A DNA stretch of 64,000 nucleotides from Octopus vulgaris (GCA_951406725.2 OX597814.1:25978001-26042000); one strand, 5' to 3'. Numbered from the stretch's first letter, positions 11,380 to 25,685 are shown. Numbers and translations: made by a program. Notes: a model not told the origin generated them from the letters alone.

Positions 11380-12110
11380 TATACTAAAAAAGCAATGCAG
11401 AGAAAAGCCATTCTAGACTTGACAGATAGAAAGCAAGCCAAAGTAAAAGCCAACAATGGCTCAAAAGGTCTGAACTAAGAGCAGAAAAGAAATCTTATCT
11501 CAGCTGCACAGAATTGATACCTATTCACAGAAAAAATTATAATAACAAAATAATGAAGCAAGAAGCTTAATATCAAGTGTAAATTATGCAGCTAGTACAA
11601 TGAGACAACAGACCTTATCATTTTTTGTTGTCTATTCTTTTCTAAGTTCAAGTACATCTGCAGACATAACTGAGTCAGTAATTATGTCCATTAAGCAATA
11701 TACCACACTTTAATGTAAAAACTGAGAAGTGATGTGAATATGTATCAAGCAGTATATGACAACGACCTGCCATAATAATCTGTGATATGAAAATCAAGGT
11801 TAATCATCCAGATTTTATAATCAAAGACCGGAATGGAAATCCCTGTGTGTACACTTACAGATATTTTAATCTCTTCTGACCAAAACTATCAAAATACAAA
11901 GATATTGAAATAGAATTTAGAGAGAAATAGGGTATGAAAGTAAAAACATAACCAATAATAATTCCAGCATACAGTATAATATAGAAAATCATGAGCAACA
12001 ATACTAGGGCTAACTGATACAGTACAATAAATCTCTTCCAGATACAGCCTATATCTTATGAAAGACACTTTCAGTTTTATAGCATAATTCACACAATGCA
12101 TACTCAGCTA
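11380..12110 (+). mobile_element. Highly decayed 3' part of an RLE-type LINE (R4/Dong-like)
   Basis: Fragmentary translation: WLKRSELRAE, KCKLC...ETTDLII..C (CCHC knuckle), RHN, NHPDFIIKD, IPIII. Confidence 0.65.
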
Positions 12111-13107
12111 TTTTCTATGGACCTCTTTGATTCCAATTTTACTTGGGTAGCCCTCATAGCCATTTAATGTTTTTAAAAATCTCATTATACATTTAGAATT
12201 AAATAATATGAATTGCTTTAAAAAGTATTAAGATATTTGGTGTACTGGAAAAGTGTAAGCAATTCACTACACATGAATTTTAACAAAAAATAATCTTATA
12301 TATGGATACCCAAGGGTCATAAAGACCCTTGTTGAGAACACTGATTTACACAACCATCACCCTATGAAATTACACAACTCACACTACACATCCTTTTAAA
12401 TAATCACCAATCAATACTATTATACAACTCACACTCCACCATCAACTCTTAAAAATCATAATTCTATACAAACTGCCACCCGTAAATATAACCCACCTCA
12501 CATGGAATATACTCTACACAACTACCACCCAACACTTTATTATAATATAATACAATTGACACAGCATACATGTACTATATCACATAGTATATACCCTGTG
12601 ATGCAAAGTACAACTCACATAGCACTTATGAAACAGTGATCATGCTACACAACTTATATTGTGCTGCATTATCACAAACAAACTAAACACTAACACAACA
12701 CTGGAAACAAAATACAATTTATGTAACATACTAATATAATTTTATACTGTAAAAAAAGCAATGCAGCACACATGCACCTGATGGTGCAATAATAATTCAC
12801 CTGAAACTACTGAAAACATAATAACAATAAAATACATTCTTTATTAGTCACAGGAGCTTCATACATATATATGAAACATTTTTATACAAAGCAATTACAA
12901 CCAAAGGCTCTCAAGAAAGCTAAATGACCCAAGGTCTTTGCACTTATTTCAGCTGCTCTCCTCTGATATCAATTCAGAGTCAGAATTCGTGCAGTGGACT
13001 TCTCACACGTGCCAGTCAAAAAATATGCACAAATGTTTATTCCAGGGAAAAATACATAATAGCAGGTCTTGTTTCCATAAAGTCCTATATTGATAATAAT
13101 TTATAAT

Positions 13108-13915
13108 TTAGGCATAAGGAAGGTGTTAGTTCGTTTCATCAACCCCAGCACTTGAATGGTTCTGTATTTTATCAATACTCAAAGGATGAACGATAAAGTT
13201 GACATCAACAGTATTTGAACTCAAGACATAGTGCTAGAACAAATACCACAGAGCATTTTCTACAATACTCTAATGATTTGGCCAATTCACCACATCTTAA
13301 TAATAATAATGGTAGATTCAAATCTTGGCATAAGGCCAGAAATTTCAGGGGAGGGAGTAAGTCGATTACATGAACCTCAGTACTCAACTGGTATTTATTT
13401 TACCGACCCTGAAAGGATGAAAGGTAAATTAATCTTGGTGGCATTTGAACTCATAACATAAAGACAGATGAAAAGCTGCTAAGCATTTTTCCCATCATGG
13501 TAATGATTTTATTTGTTCACAGTTTTAATAATAATAACGTTAATAGTAATAATCCTTTCTAGGCCTGAAATTTTGGAGGAGGAGGTTAGTTGACCTCAGC
13601 AGAATTTGAACTAAGAACATAAGGACAGCTGCAATACCCCTAAGCATTTTGTCCGGCATACTTAACAATTCTATCAGCTCACCACCTTAACAGTAATGAT
13701 AATAATGATAATAATAATAATGATAATAGTAATTGTTGTTTCAAATTCTGCATGTGGCCAGCAATTTTAATGGAAGGCGATTTGTAAATAGCATTGCTCC
13801 CAGTGCTTAAGTGGTACTTATTTTATTGATCCCCCAAAGTATAAAAGGCAACATTGACTAGGTGGAATTTGAGCTCAAAACATAATGAGCCACAAGAAAT
13901 GCTACTAAGCATTAA
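13108..13915 (-). mobile_element. Cluster of about four MetaSINE-like copies in the same orientation
   Basis: Repeated block ggtatttattttaccgaccctgaaaggatgaaagg...gaatttgaactc (reverse complement of the Meta-domain-like gcctttcatccttt..ggtcg.taaaataa.tacc) separated by (AAT)n. Confidence 0.7.
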
Positions 13916-13924
13916 CTAGAGTAA

Positions 13925-14560
13925 ACATCATCTTTGTTATCAGCATCATCGTTTAAACATCCACTTTTCCATGCTTGCATGGGTTAAGCAGAATTCACTG
14001 AGGTAAGTTTTCAGTTGTCCTTCTGTCACCAACCTTCACTTGTTTCCAAGCAAGGTAATATTTCCTCATGACTTGACATGTTTTCATAGACAAGTGGACA
14101 TGAAAGACGCTGTTTGTATTATGGGAACACTTACTTACCACTGTCATACAATGTCAAGATGAGAAAATACAAAGAAGCACATGTGTATGAGAGGGTGCTG
14201 AAGAGTTCTTGGCTTTAAGGGTTTCATGAAAGGCCTAGATGGAGACCCAACCATCCAAGTTCTTTGACAAAGCTTAAAGAAACTGGAGGACCACTACAAT
14301 AAGTGTGTGAATAAGGGAAAATGTTGAATAAAATCATGATTAACTGATCCGCCTGTATTTTCTTTTACACAAAACCAGGAACTTTTCAGCATCCCCTTGT
14401 ATATATATATACATGTGTGATGGGCTTTCATTTTCCATTTACCATCCACTAAAAAAGGTTTCGACATACCTAAGATGCCATGCAGTAGAACTGAAACCAA
14501 AACCATGTGGTTGGGAAGCAGATATCTTAAATATGCAGCCATGTCTGCAGCTACAATCAT
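13925..14560 (-). mobile_element. tRNA-derived SINE with RTE-like tail, interrupted by a mariner MITE
   Basis: Tail catcatcgtttaaacatccacttttccatgcttgcatgggtt at the left and head (aaccatgtggttgggaagc...cagccatg) at the right. Confidence 0.65.
14186..14401 (+). mobile_element. Mariner-derived MITE / internal deletion derivative
   Basis: TIRs ta-tgagagggtgctgaagagttcttgg and ccaggaacttttcagcatccccttg-ta; the interior retains the transposase C-terminus (LKKLEDHYNKCV). Confidence 0.8.
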
Positions 14561-17500
14561 ACCTGCATCTATAGCCACACTTGTGCCTTTAACCAGTTAG
14601 ATTCAAATTCATTCATACACACCATTACACAAGATGTTAAAATCAATGGTGTTACAAGAATGTGTGGAGGTGAACAAAACAAGTATATATAAAATCGAAG
14701 GTGGTAATCAAGAATGCTATACAAATGAAACATAAAAAATTTGTATAAAAATAGACATGCAATAAATATTCCACCAAGAAAACATTGTAAATAAAACAAA
14801 ATTTTATTTCAAAAATACATATTGAAATATTCAGGGTTACTATCTACACATGGGTAAGAACTTACCATTTAGGTCAGATTAAAGCTTCACACATCTAAGC
14901 ACATCTGCCACTGTTCACATTGGCATTTTGCATACCCAAAAGGGCTCATTAATATCCTTTGCAAGGGATGAGACACTTGATAGGAACTTCAAGTTTCCTA
15001 TTTGAATAAACTGCTACAGGTGAAACTTGAAGTCCATATCAACCCAATATGCATAATGTGTGTGTGTGTGTGTGTGTGTGTGAGTTTGTGTGAGAGAGAT
15101 GGAGTGTGCATGAGAGGGAGAGTGTGCATGAGAGAGAGTGTGTGCATGTGTGTTTATACATGTTCTTTGATATAACCCATGTATGTAAATACATATGCAT
15201 ATATTACACGAAGCTACCAGCTACACATTCCAAGAATGCTGTTCTCAAAATTATATCACAAGCATCTCATTCTGATAAACTGAGAATATTCCTGTCTAAG
15301 ACCATATAAATATGACTGATGTATGAATCATTAAACTGTATGGGGATTATTGTTAGATTCAGGTGAGTAGTTGGGCAACCTCTTTAAGACATTAAGACCT
15401 TAATGCTAACATATGTCTCATTTGCAGACATTTCTCATAATATCAGAAGATAAGCTTCAATGACTTTAATAACTAACATAAAATACTCTTTATTTCTCTA
15501 TGTTGTCTGTCTTACATGAGAACACTTGCTGACTACATGTCAGTATGTCCTCCTTCTCTGTTTTCTTTTCTATGCCCTCCTTCTTTAACTCATGTTAATA
15601 TACTGATATTATTTTTACTAAACTTCTGTCACTGACATGTCTCTTTTAATCTGACTCTATTCAATCTTTAGCAATTAGTAGATCAAGACTATATCATTTG
15701 TACCACATATGTGTTAATTTGTTCACAAATTATTTGTTTATCTTTTGAACAGCCATGAATTTCATGCCATTCTTATAATATACTTGCTGTATTTTACATG
15801 CCATTAGATCAAGTTCCCCCTTTCTTTTCAGCTATATTTTCTTCTACTTTCTTTTTCCAGTAATTTTCAATACCTCACCAGCTTCCAGTGGGATGGTACA
15901 ATAGTTAGGGGAGAGAAAGATCCTCCCTTATCTGTCTCTGGGACTAAGGACAAGATGAATAATCTTGTGCCGTGTGGAGCTAAAATCAATACTGCTTGCT
16001 GGCTGCTGTTGATTTGCCAAATACTCTCCACCTCTCACTGTCTCCACTAAACATGACCCAAGAAGGAGTCCTTCTGCCACCTGGTTACCTCCTTGCACTG
16101 AGGCAAAGAGATCTCTCTCAACTGAAGATAGGAATCTGCTGCACTAGTTGCTGTCTCTGTTCTTCTCCATTAAAATTATTTTTATTTTCCAATTCATTGG
16201 GGGAAAAAGCCCTTAAATAAACTTTACTTCCATAAGTGTAGTGGAATGTCATTTTGCCCTTCACCACATGTCTTGTGCTCTTTATTTCTATATCTGCAAT
16301 GAATAGTGCTCCATGTGACTTCCAAGTGTCATTAAGCCTAGTAAGTTCATTCTGACTCATCCTAACCACATATTGTCCCTCATTATCCCTCCACTGATAT
16401 GACAACAACAACACTAACATCTACATATCTTCTTTGCCAAATGAGAACATTTCCATCAAGCATCAATATCGTTGTTGATTAACCTGAACTTTTAACATTT
16501 TGGCCCAAATGTTGGAGCACAAGTATTTGAATGGATGTCTGCCTGTTTTGAGGTGAACCAAAACTGATACAAATAGTCTTGTAGTTTCTGTCTTGCTCAA
16601 AGGAAAAAAATTTTCCACACATATTTAACAAAGTTCCTTTTACTTTAACTTGATCCTATGCTATCTTACCTATAAGGTTGAGTGACTGAAAAGTAAGCTA
16701 TTTCCATTCAAACTTAATCCATTTTGACAAAGTTTGCAGACATTTTTTTCATTCCTTAACAAAACTTTAACATATTATTTTTCACTATGAATTCATCTTT
16801 TTCTCTATACCAACATGGATTAAATAAGTTCCACAGCATCTTGCCAATCCTTACTGTTCTTCATCATCTATCACACACAAACATACAACAACAGTACAAA
16901 AATGAGTCAACTCTTTTATGTATACCATATATTTTTTAGGACATTTTTTTATAGTTGGATATCTTTCCAGCACCTTTACACTTTAAATGAATTGGCTGCA
17001 TTTATAATACTATCAACATTATAAATATTGTCTATGGTGAGAGTAAACAGTGCTCTCTGCCCTTATTTTATTCATTTCTTTCTTTATTCCAAGACAGAAT
17101 TGTTATGATCCCATCTTGAAAAGAGAAAATACAATTGTTTGACAGCAAATTAAAAGGGAGTGGTTAAACTTTTTATCAAGGATTTAAAATTTCAAACAAA
17201 GATTTTTCTTTAATCACAATGTGCAAATGACTCTACTGGAGGGTTTGAATATAAATGAGATTATAGAAGGTTTATTGCTGTTACATGATTTAGTTTTATG
17301 CAAGTGGATAATGGATACATGCTGAAAGTTTTTATAAATGACAGGCCAGTGAGTGAGACTTTACTTAGTCACAGAACATGTTCGAACAGTAAACTCTTGC
17401 TGAAATTATACCATATTGTCATGAGAAAGAGAATGGCAACATTTGATAATATAGTCATTTAGTCATAGATATCCATAAAAAGAATAACAGGATGGTCCTG

Positions 17501-18249
17501 GAGGGTTAACCTGAAGCTAAGCAACAGCAATAGAAAGTCAACAGTTCAGTGTTTGAATCCAATCAATGTTATCACAGCCATTACTCCATCTTGTATTGAT
17601 AAAATAATTACTTGTAATATACTAGAATAAACGATGAACTTAATCAAGTAATCAGGACATTGAGTTTGTGGCCCACCAGCAAACAGAAGCCATTACCAAG
17701 GGAAATTAAATCTAGTTATCCTGAAAAAAGCAGCAAGTCAACCAGTAGTTTTATGGAACAACTTTCCATTAATAAACAATTGCCAGTAAGCATTTCATCA
17801 AAAGTCTCCTGTTTTATCAACAAAGAATCTCTACAAAAGTAAATTCAGAGATCTGAACTGAATAACAGGATAAAGATTTAATTTGAGAGGTTTCCCAAGT
17901 TGAACTTGAATATAAGGATAAAAATATCACATTACCTCTTATATCCTGTCTCATAAGAAGCCGTTTTATTTATCAGAAATGTCTCTAGGAAGCAAGTATG
18001 TTCAAAGATCAACACTTATCAATTGCACTAAATAGAAAATTACATTGATCTGAATTAAAGGTTTTGGAATCAATCTTTGATATTAGTAATTTTCTTGTTT
18101 TCATAGCATTATACAACACATTTAAGATTCTGGAAGATGACTGAAAGTGAATTTGTTATAGACTGGCATATTTATGTAAGCTGATCGAATTTAAAAGAAA
18201 ATGATGTCTTGTAAAAATACTAACATCAATTAATATTCTTTGACATTAA

Positions 18250-18460
18250 GATGGTAAGCTGGCAGAATCATTACCATGCCAGAAAAAGGCTTAGCTGCAT
18301 TTCTTCTGACTTTACCTTCTGAGTTCAAATGTTGCCAGGGTCAGTTTTATCTTTCATCCCTTTTGGGACTAATAAAATAAGTACCAGTTGAACACTGGGG
18401 TCAATGAAATCAAATTATCCCCTCCCTCAAAATTGTTGGCCTTGGGCTAAAATTTGAAAT
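18250..18460 (+). mobile_element. MetaSINE-like copy
   Basis: gagttcaaat B-box, then atctttcatccc...aataaaataagtaccagttgaacactggggtc. Confidence 0.7.
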
Positions 18461-19509
18461 TGATATTCTTTCATATTTTTTCTTATATTCTAAGTTCAAA
18501 TCTTGCCTAGGTTCACTTCTACTTTTTTTATCATTTCAAAGCCAAAAATCAATAAAATAAAATGCCATAAAGTATTGTAGTTAATTCAATCAACACTACC
18601 ACTTCCTCAAATTTGAGGAAGAGATGGAGTTGCTCGAATTGAATATTTCTGAACCTGAAATTTCAAATAATGAGTTTTGTTTTTCACCAGGTTGGTCTTG
18701 AATGAACAAACCTATGATCAAAGTGGTCCCATTTATGCGAACTCCATGTTTTCCCAGACATAATTTTTTAGGATTCAATCATTTAATGTTTTTAAGATTG
18801 TAGTGTTAGCTTTGAGAGACTGCTATTTCTTTTAAGTTAAGCAACCACATAGAATTTCCATCATTGGCTCATTTAATAATATGACAACTGTTGTTGTTCT
18901 GTTTAGACACAGGTCAACATAATCAAGCAAATACACTCCAATAGAGACCATCCCAATTTCTGAACATCTTGGACTATATTCTCTAATGTATCCATCCTTT
19001 TTTTTTTTTTGAGGAAATTAAGTTTGGATTTGAGAAAGATTTGCCTGATATATCTAGCAAAGCAAACCAATTTTCTCTGTCCTACCAATAAATCTTTCAT
19101 TCATAATATCACCTTTTATTAAAGTACAAATTTAATTCTGGCAATGTAGAGGCACAATCAAATGAATTAACTTTAGCATATGATTGATAATAAGTACATC
19201 CATTCCGGAATAGAAGCTTGCAATTGACCACGACAAGATTTGAATCCAGAAGGCAGAGGAGGGAAGCTAAATAGAATTAAATTCTATTTAGGCTGCTAAC
19301 TTTTCAGCACTACTAAACCTACACCCTTCAATTTGCAGGAATATTGATAATCTTATATTGAAGTTTACATTCTTCAATACAAATATGGATCTTCCTATTT
19401 GCGCTTCACATTTGGTTTACTTAAGGGGTCTTCATAACATTATTACATGTATGTAATTACTATGAAGTCACATATACGTGCATGTGTGTATAAGTTTGTG
19501 TGAATACAT

Positions 19510-20048
19510 ATCATCATCAGCATCCTCCTCCTCATCATCATCATTATTGTTTCAACATCCACTTTTTCACACACACACATGGGTCAGACAAAAGTCACTG
19601 AGATAGATTTTCTATAGTTGGGTACCTTTCTGTTACCAATCCTTACCTGTTTCTAAGTAAGGTAATAATTCCCTTTGGTTAGACATGTTTTCACAGAAGA
19701 TTGGAAATAAAGGACACCACTTGTATGACAGTGATACTCATTTACAACTATCACATGACACCAAGACAGAAACACACTATGACACTCACACACACATACA
19801 TATGTACAATGGACTTCTTTCAGATTCTATCTACCTAATGCACTTCCAAGGTTTTAGTGAGCCAGGTGTTACAGTAGAAGATACTCGCCACATAGAGGAA
19901 CTGAAACTGTTGCCATACGAGTCAGAAACAAATTTCTCTAACCAGAAATCAAGCCAAATCAGACTGGAACCAGGTGCAGCTCTCCAGCTTGCCAGCTTTG
20001 GTCAAACCATCCAACTCATGCCATCATGGAAAATGGATGATGATGATG
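19510..20048. mobile_element. SINE (minus) joined to an oppositely oriented SINE 3' fragment
   Basis: (CAT)n tail plus SINE body at 19510-19940; aaatcagactggaaccaggtgcagc...catggaaaatgga(tga)n at 19945-20048. Confidence 0.6.
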
Positions 20049-21055
20049 AGGAGGAGGAGGAGGAGGATATATACATACAAAATAAATGTATGTATATACT
20101 TATAGGTGTGTGTGTGTATATATGTATGCATGGGATTATATCTACATGCCACATGCCGCATAATATCATTTACTCCACATGTTTACACACTATCCATACA
20201 TAAACAAACCAAAGCACATGCATATGCACATATCCATAACAAACTGTGCAACATACATGCACACACACAATCATGCACACTGTATCACCGTTACCTCCCT
20301 TATTACTCACTTACTTACAAAACTTCTATCTTTTCCTTTCACTTCCATTTATTCTAACCTTTCTTCATTTATATCATACTGTGGCAGAATCAAATGTTCT
20401 TCTCCATTACCCTTGTTTCTTTCTCTATCTTTCTTTTTACACTTTTATTTCTTTCTAAGAAGAACTTAAGCTTGAAACACTGAAGACACTTCTACTTTCA
20501 TATTTTTGATTGAGCTTCATTTCACTTTGTTGTTATCATTGCCAAGATGATTGGTGATATACAGTGTTCAAGAACACCCTCTCATCATGACAAACCTGAA
20601 GCTCTGGATGCATACTGTGCATACACAGAACTGGGCCCTCAATCAATTTTCCCCTATCGTGCCTTCTTTACCACTTCCTCATCTCCGTATCACTGATCCT
20701 GCCATCACTCTCTTAACTACTGCAGTATTCTGCTGCTGTGATTAAATGTGAGCAGAACTACATATTTCATTATCCCTCTCTGAAATACTTGTAATCTCTC
20801 CTACCACTAGGAACCATTTCCTTTAACATCCATCCATCCTTTTAAATCTCGCTCCACTCACATTTTTCATTGATCATTCTTCTGTACTACCAGTTATTTC
20901 ACCCTCAGTGCAGAACCACTTCCTGTCAACTCACTCCTAAGTACTTCCATCCTTATCATCACATCTCTCATTCTCCCCATATGATCTTGCTACATACCTA
21001 GCTATCACCCAGCTATCATCTTCCTTTCTCTCGTCTCTCTCTTATCTACTGTATT

Positions 21056-21099
<44 letters not shown>

Positions 21100-21119
21100 T
21101 TTTGTTATTACCATTATTA

Positions 21120-22030
21120 TTATTATTATTTTCATTGATGGTTTTGCTCTAGCAGATGTTATACCAACACTATACCAAAAGATCAAGCCACATCAAATAG
21201 TCAAAGGTCCTTTGGGTCATTCCTTCTTCAACTTTCTAACACCTTCCTTAGAATCCTTGCTCGTCCTAACAAGGCTGTTTTCTGAAACAACCTCATTCTG
21301 GTGGTAATTCCTAACTTCTCAAATCATGCATCCAACCTTTTACTAACTGCTCCCAGTGTGCCAACTACTTCTATGTGCCTGATTCTCCATAGTCACCTGA
21401 TTTTTTGCTTCAGCTCCTGATATTTCTCCACTTTCTCACTTTCCTTTTCATTTACCTTATGGTCCTACAATGAACCAATGTCCAGAGTAAATGCTTTGTT
21501 CTTCATTTCTATGACAACACTGTTAGGTTTCTCACTACAATAAAATGGTCACACTGGATGGTCATGTCCCACAGGATCTTATATTGCTCATTTTCAGCAA
21601 CCTTTTCCAGTTGGTGCTCATACCATTTCCCACTTCTGCTCATGTCATACTTATAACAGAGCTTCAGTGATGCCTCCCCTTGTACTCTTTTTGTGTGAGC
21701 ATCTTACATTCACTAATAATAAGGTTTGTTGTTTCACCTTTCTCAACACTCACCCTACCAAGTGAGGAAGTCACTGGCTTGTCAAGATTGAACTTGATAT
21801 AGTTTGTTCTCAGTGCCTGTTCTCAGGCTGCAAAGATAAGGGCTTCAGTTTCAAGATTCAAGTCACTTTACCTAGTCCATTCCCAGATCTTATCTTTGTC
21901 GACTGTTCAGGCATTTCCTGCAAGAATTGACCATACATTTTCTTTTCTTTCCATCTATTCAAAGTCTCATTTTGTCTGTTTTGTTTAAACTCTCCCTTTT
22001 CTTTTGCTTCTTATATAACATGTGATGTGT
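21120..22030 (-). mobile_element. 3' fragment of an RLE-type LINE (R4/Dong-like) ending in (TAA)n/(TGA)n
   Basis: Minus translation: MYGQFL, WEWTR.SDLNLETEALIFAA, KWYEHQLEKVAENEQYKILWDMTIQ, KPN.VV, KVEKYQELK, FQKTALLGRARILRKVL. The tail runs into the AAT/GAT repeats at 21050-21130. Confidence 0.85.
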
Positions 22031-22528
22031 CTTCAAGAAATTTTTCAGGCTCGGTGCATGCCATTATACCTATTTGAAAACCAGGATGCTGGTCTATGAG
22101 AAAACATGAGAAAAAAAAAGAGGGAAAAAATGGGAAGGTTAACCCAAAATTTTTAGCAAATGCAAATTAGAAGACACCACTCTTTCCAGATTGAGTAGCT
22201 ATCTTACAGACATTGACCTCCCCTCCATTATATAATTCTACACCAGCTGGATTAATTATAATTTCTACAAACAAGGCAAATGACGATCTTGGTTTTCTTA
22301 CTTTTCTTTTCTTTCTTCTCATTTCACTTTTTGCATCAACCTTCTTCACATTTTTCTCCCTGTTTTTTTCTCATATATTCTCATTGACTATCATCCTGAT
22401 TTTCAAATAGGTCTAATGGTATTCACTGAACCTGGAAGATTGCTTGGATACACATGGCATGTTATATATATCTGCTAAATTAAAGTATCTCTACAGTAGG
22501 AATCTATTAGTAACTCTTTTATAAATTA

Positions 22529-22927
22529 CTAGCAGTATCGCCCGGCGTTGCTCAGGATTGTAAGGGAAATAACTATATAAGCATTTTTAGAGATGTAAAG
22601 TATAATAGCCATCTCAATATGGCTAACCACAAAGGGGGGGGGGGGTTACTATAGCTTTTTATGTTCTGAGATTTAATAATAAATTTTTAGAGAGTTACTT
22701 CCCTTATGTATGCCAAAAATACATTAAAAATGGGAAAAATTGATGGTAAAATTTTTTTTAAATCGTAGACTCATCATAGACGCGCACTAATACCCAGAAG
22801 GGCTCGATATGAATCACGACTATAAGATACCCGCTTTTGGTTAAACTGCACCGCAAAATGTGCGAGTAGTTAGGAATCTAAATCGTAGGAGACAGATACC
22901 ACACAATCTCACTTTTATATATAAAGA
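22529..22927 (-). mobile_element. Non-autonomous Helitron
   Basis: On the minus strand it starts A|TCTTTATATATAA and ends cctgagcaacgccgggcgatactgCTAG|T: 5' TC, 3' GC-rich hairpin plus CTAG, AT insertion site and no TSD. Confidence 0.85.
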
Positions 22928-25297
22928 TTATTATTAAATTATTTATCTCTCACTGAATAGAGTGCATTTTTTGTTGATCCTACCTATAATGGAGCAGTAA
23001 ACAATGTAATTATACATGTATGTGTGTGTGTGTATGCATATTAAAATTTCTTTTATGCATTACAAAACTAATAATCTGATATTAGAAGTCAAATTCCTGT
23101 TCCCCTCCCCTGTTATTTACTTAATTCCATGTGTGTGTGTGTGTGTCATTAAATTCTGATAATGACAAAAATCTGGTGAGAGTGGACGTATTTTTCGATT
23201 AATCAAATGTTTATTGAATAAGATAAAGTTATCAGCTTTCTTATATTTCATGTTAGAAGGACACAAGTCAGTAAATAGTATAAATAGTATCTATTTTATT
23301 GTTGATACAATTGCTCTCAGGAAAATGATATAAAGCATATTAGCCTGACTGTTACCATTTAGGAGTTGTTGAAGGAAAGTATTGCGATAAACCTGACAGA
23401 AAGTTAACAGCTACTTACATTGAACTATCCATAAGAACTTAATCATGTCTGTCAAATACAAAAATAAATCTATGAATCATGAAGATTTAGCAATATTGTC
23501 TGCACCCCACTACTACTACAACCACCATCACAACATCAACAACAACTATAATCTTTATTCTGTATGCAACACTGAAAATTCAAGTAAAATACACATTAAA
23601 AATAAATAGATAAAAACATCAAGAGATATTTTTGCAATCAATATTATAAATATCCAACTCTCCCTTTCTCTCATTCTATCATCCTATTTGAGTAATTTAA
23701 GATATTGAAAATGACCATTATTCTTATAATTCCAATGGGAGATAATATTTTTAAATTTTTGCTCCACCAACTATTTGTGGCTGTCATTACTCAAAGTAGT
23801 TTTGCAGCTTCAAGAAGAAAACTTGTTAGTTGGTGCAGGTTTTATTTGTTTACTTATTTTCCTTTCTTTCATAGAACTTCTCCCAGGAGTTTTCACATGC
23901 AACTGGTAAAATAGACTTTAGGCACGATGACTCAACTGCAATGGAATTCAAAGAGAGCCAAGATTATCATAACAATGTTCTTGAATGGGCATTAAAATCT
24001 GACAAAGTAATTGGTAATTCTTTTTTTTATTTTCCTTTTTCTATCTCTTTCTTTTTTTTTTTTGCTAAAGATGTACATCATATTTCATTATCAATAATGT
24101 TCCCCAAAAATTTCCAAATTACAATGCTAGAATGGATGTCTGATTAAAGTTTTAGTAAAGTAAAAAGTGAACCATAAAACCCAAAGCAACCACATACTTT
24201 AATATACATACATACATATGTATATATATATACTTAATATATGTATGTGTGTGTGTATATATATATATGTGTGTGTGTGTATAACTAAATTTAATTAAAA
24301 CTTTCTAATTTATTCTAATTTCTTCAAGAGAATCATTGAGAATCTTTTCTGAAGTAAAAATTACTCTCATAAATGCTAATGCTTATAAGAAAAAAGAAGC
24401 CATAACTTAAGCTAAAAATTTACAATAATAATAATAATAATAATAACAATAACAATAACAGCTACAACTATCATTATTATTATTATTGGTTTGAAGTTCA
24501 TGAAATTATTACTAATGGCATAACATAAAATACAAATTTTTACAAATTTAGGTATTAAATTTCCTTTAACTTTTCAAAATTTCTTTTCTTCCATTCTAGT
24601 TATAGTGTGTGTGTGTGTGTGTGTGTGTGAACGTGTGTGTGCGCGCGCGCGTGTGTGATTTTTAACTTTTTTAAAGTTTCTAGTTATTTCTCCCTCTCTT
24701 TAATACAGTATTTTTTTACAAGTTTCAGTTTATTTGAAACATGAGAAGCAAGCTTATTAGCTTAAATTGCTTCTCTCCCTGACCTTTCACATTACATGTT
24801 GCTTTAAATTATTTCAAATTTTAATTTCAATTGCTAAACATTTTTCTTTTATTATAATTTTTATCAACTTTTCTGTGCCAAGGCTAAGACAGTTCTCCAT
24901 CTATTGTTCACTCTTTCATTCGTTAATATTGTTCTTGTTACAGCTGTTGTAGCAGCAGTGGCTGTAATTGTCATTTGATAATTCTTAGTGGGAAGATACA
25001 GACAGCAAAGAAGTTCCAAGAAAAGCAATGTTTAATCCAAAAAGAAAGGGGAATGTTGTAGGAAAAATAGAGTATGGGTGTAGAGAAGAAGAAAATTGGA
25101 TGTGATTAAGTGAATTTGACAAAGAGAAAACAAGTTCAGCAAAATGGAAATCCTTGCAACAGCCAGAAGTAAAAAAGCAACAAACAAAGAAAAACATTAT
25201 TCTTCATACTCTCCATTTGTAATCTTGCCATCAAAAGTTTTCACAATATTTAAAATTCCAGTGAGATTTCTTCTAGAATATTCCTCATATTTTGAAG

Positions 25298-25685
25298 AAC
25301 CGTGCTAGTGGAACGTTAAGAGCACCATCCAAGCGTGATCATTATCAGCATTGCCTTACTGGCATTTGTGCTGGCGGCATGTGAAAAACAGCATTCAAGT
25401 GACGTCGCTGCCTGTGCCACTGGACTGGCTCCTGTGCAAGTAGCATATAAAAAATACCATTTGAGTATGGCCATTGCCAGTACCGCCTGACTGGCCCTCA
25501 TGCCAGTGGCACGTAAAAGCACCCACTACACTCTTGGAGCGGTTGACGTTAGGAAGAGCATCCTGCTGTAGAAACTCTGTCAGATCAGATTGGAGCCTGG
25601 TGCAGTCATCTGGCTCACCAGTCCTCAGTCACGCCATGCAATCCATGCCAACATGAAAAGCAGACGTTAAACAATGATGATGATG
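25298..25685 (+). mobile_element. SINE-like repeat with internal gtgccagtggcac units and RTE-like (TGA)n tail
   Basis: ttggagcggttgacgttaggaagagcatcc...catgaaaagcagacgttaaacaatgatgatg; related copies at about 34240-34452, 42535-42722, 45290-45478 and 51735-52224. Confidence 0.7.

Noticed and set aside
19685-20203. 172-aa ORF
   Set aside because: It spans two SINE fragments and microsatellites, so it is a chance open frame.
22167-22430. Possible basic, NLS-like terminal exon (RRKKRKVRKPR)
   Set aside because: A-rich composition explains the Lys/Arg content; there are upstream stops and no recognisable homology.
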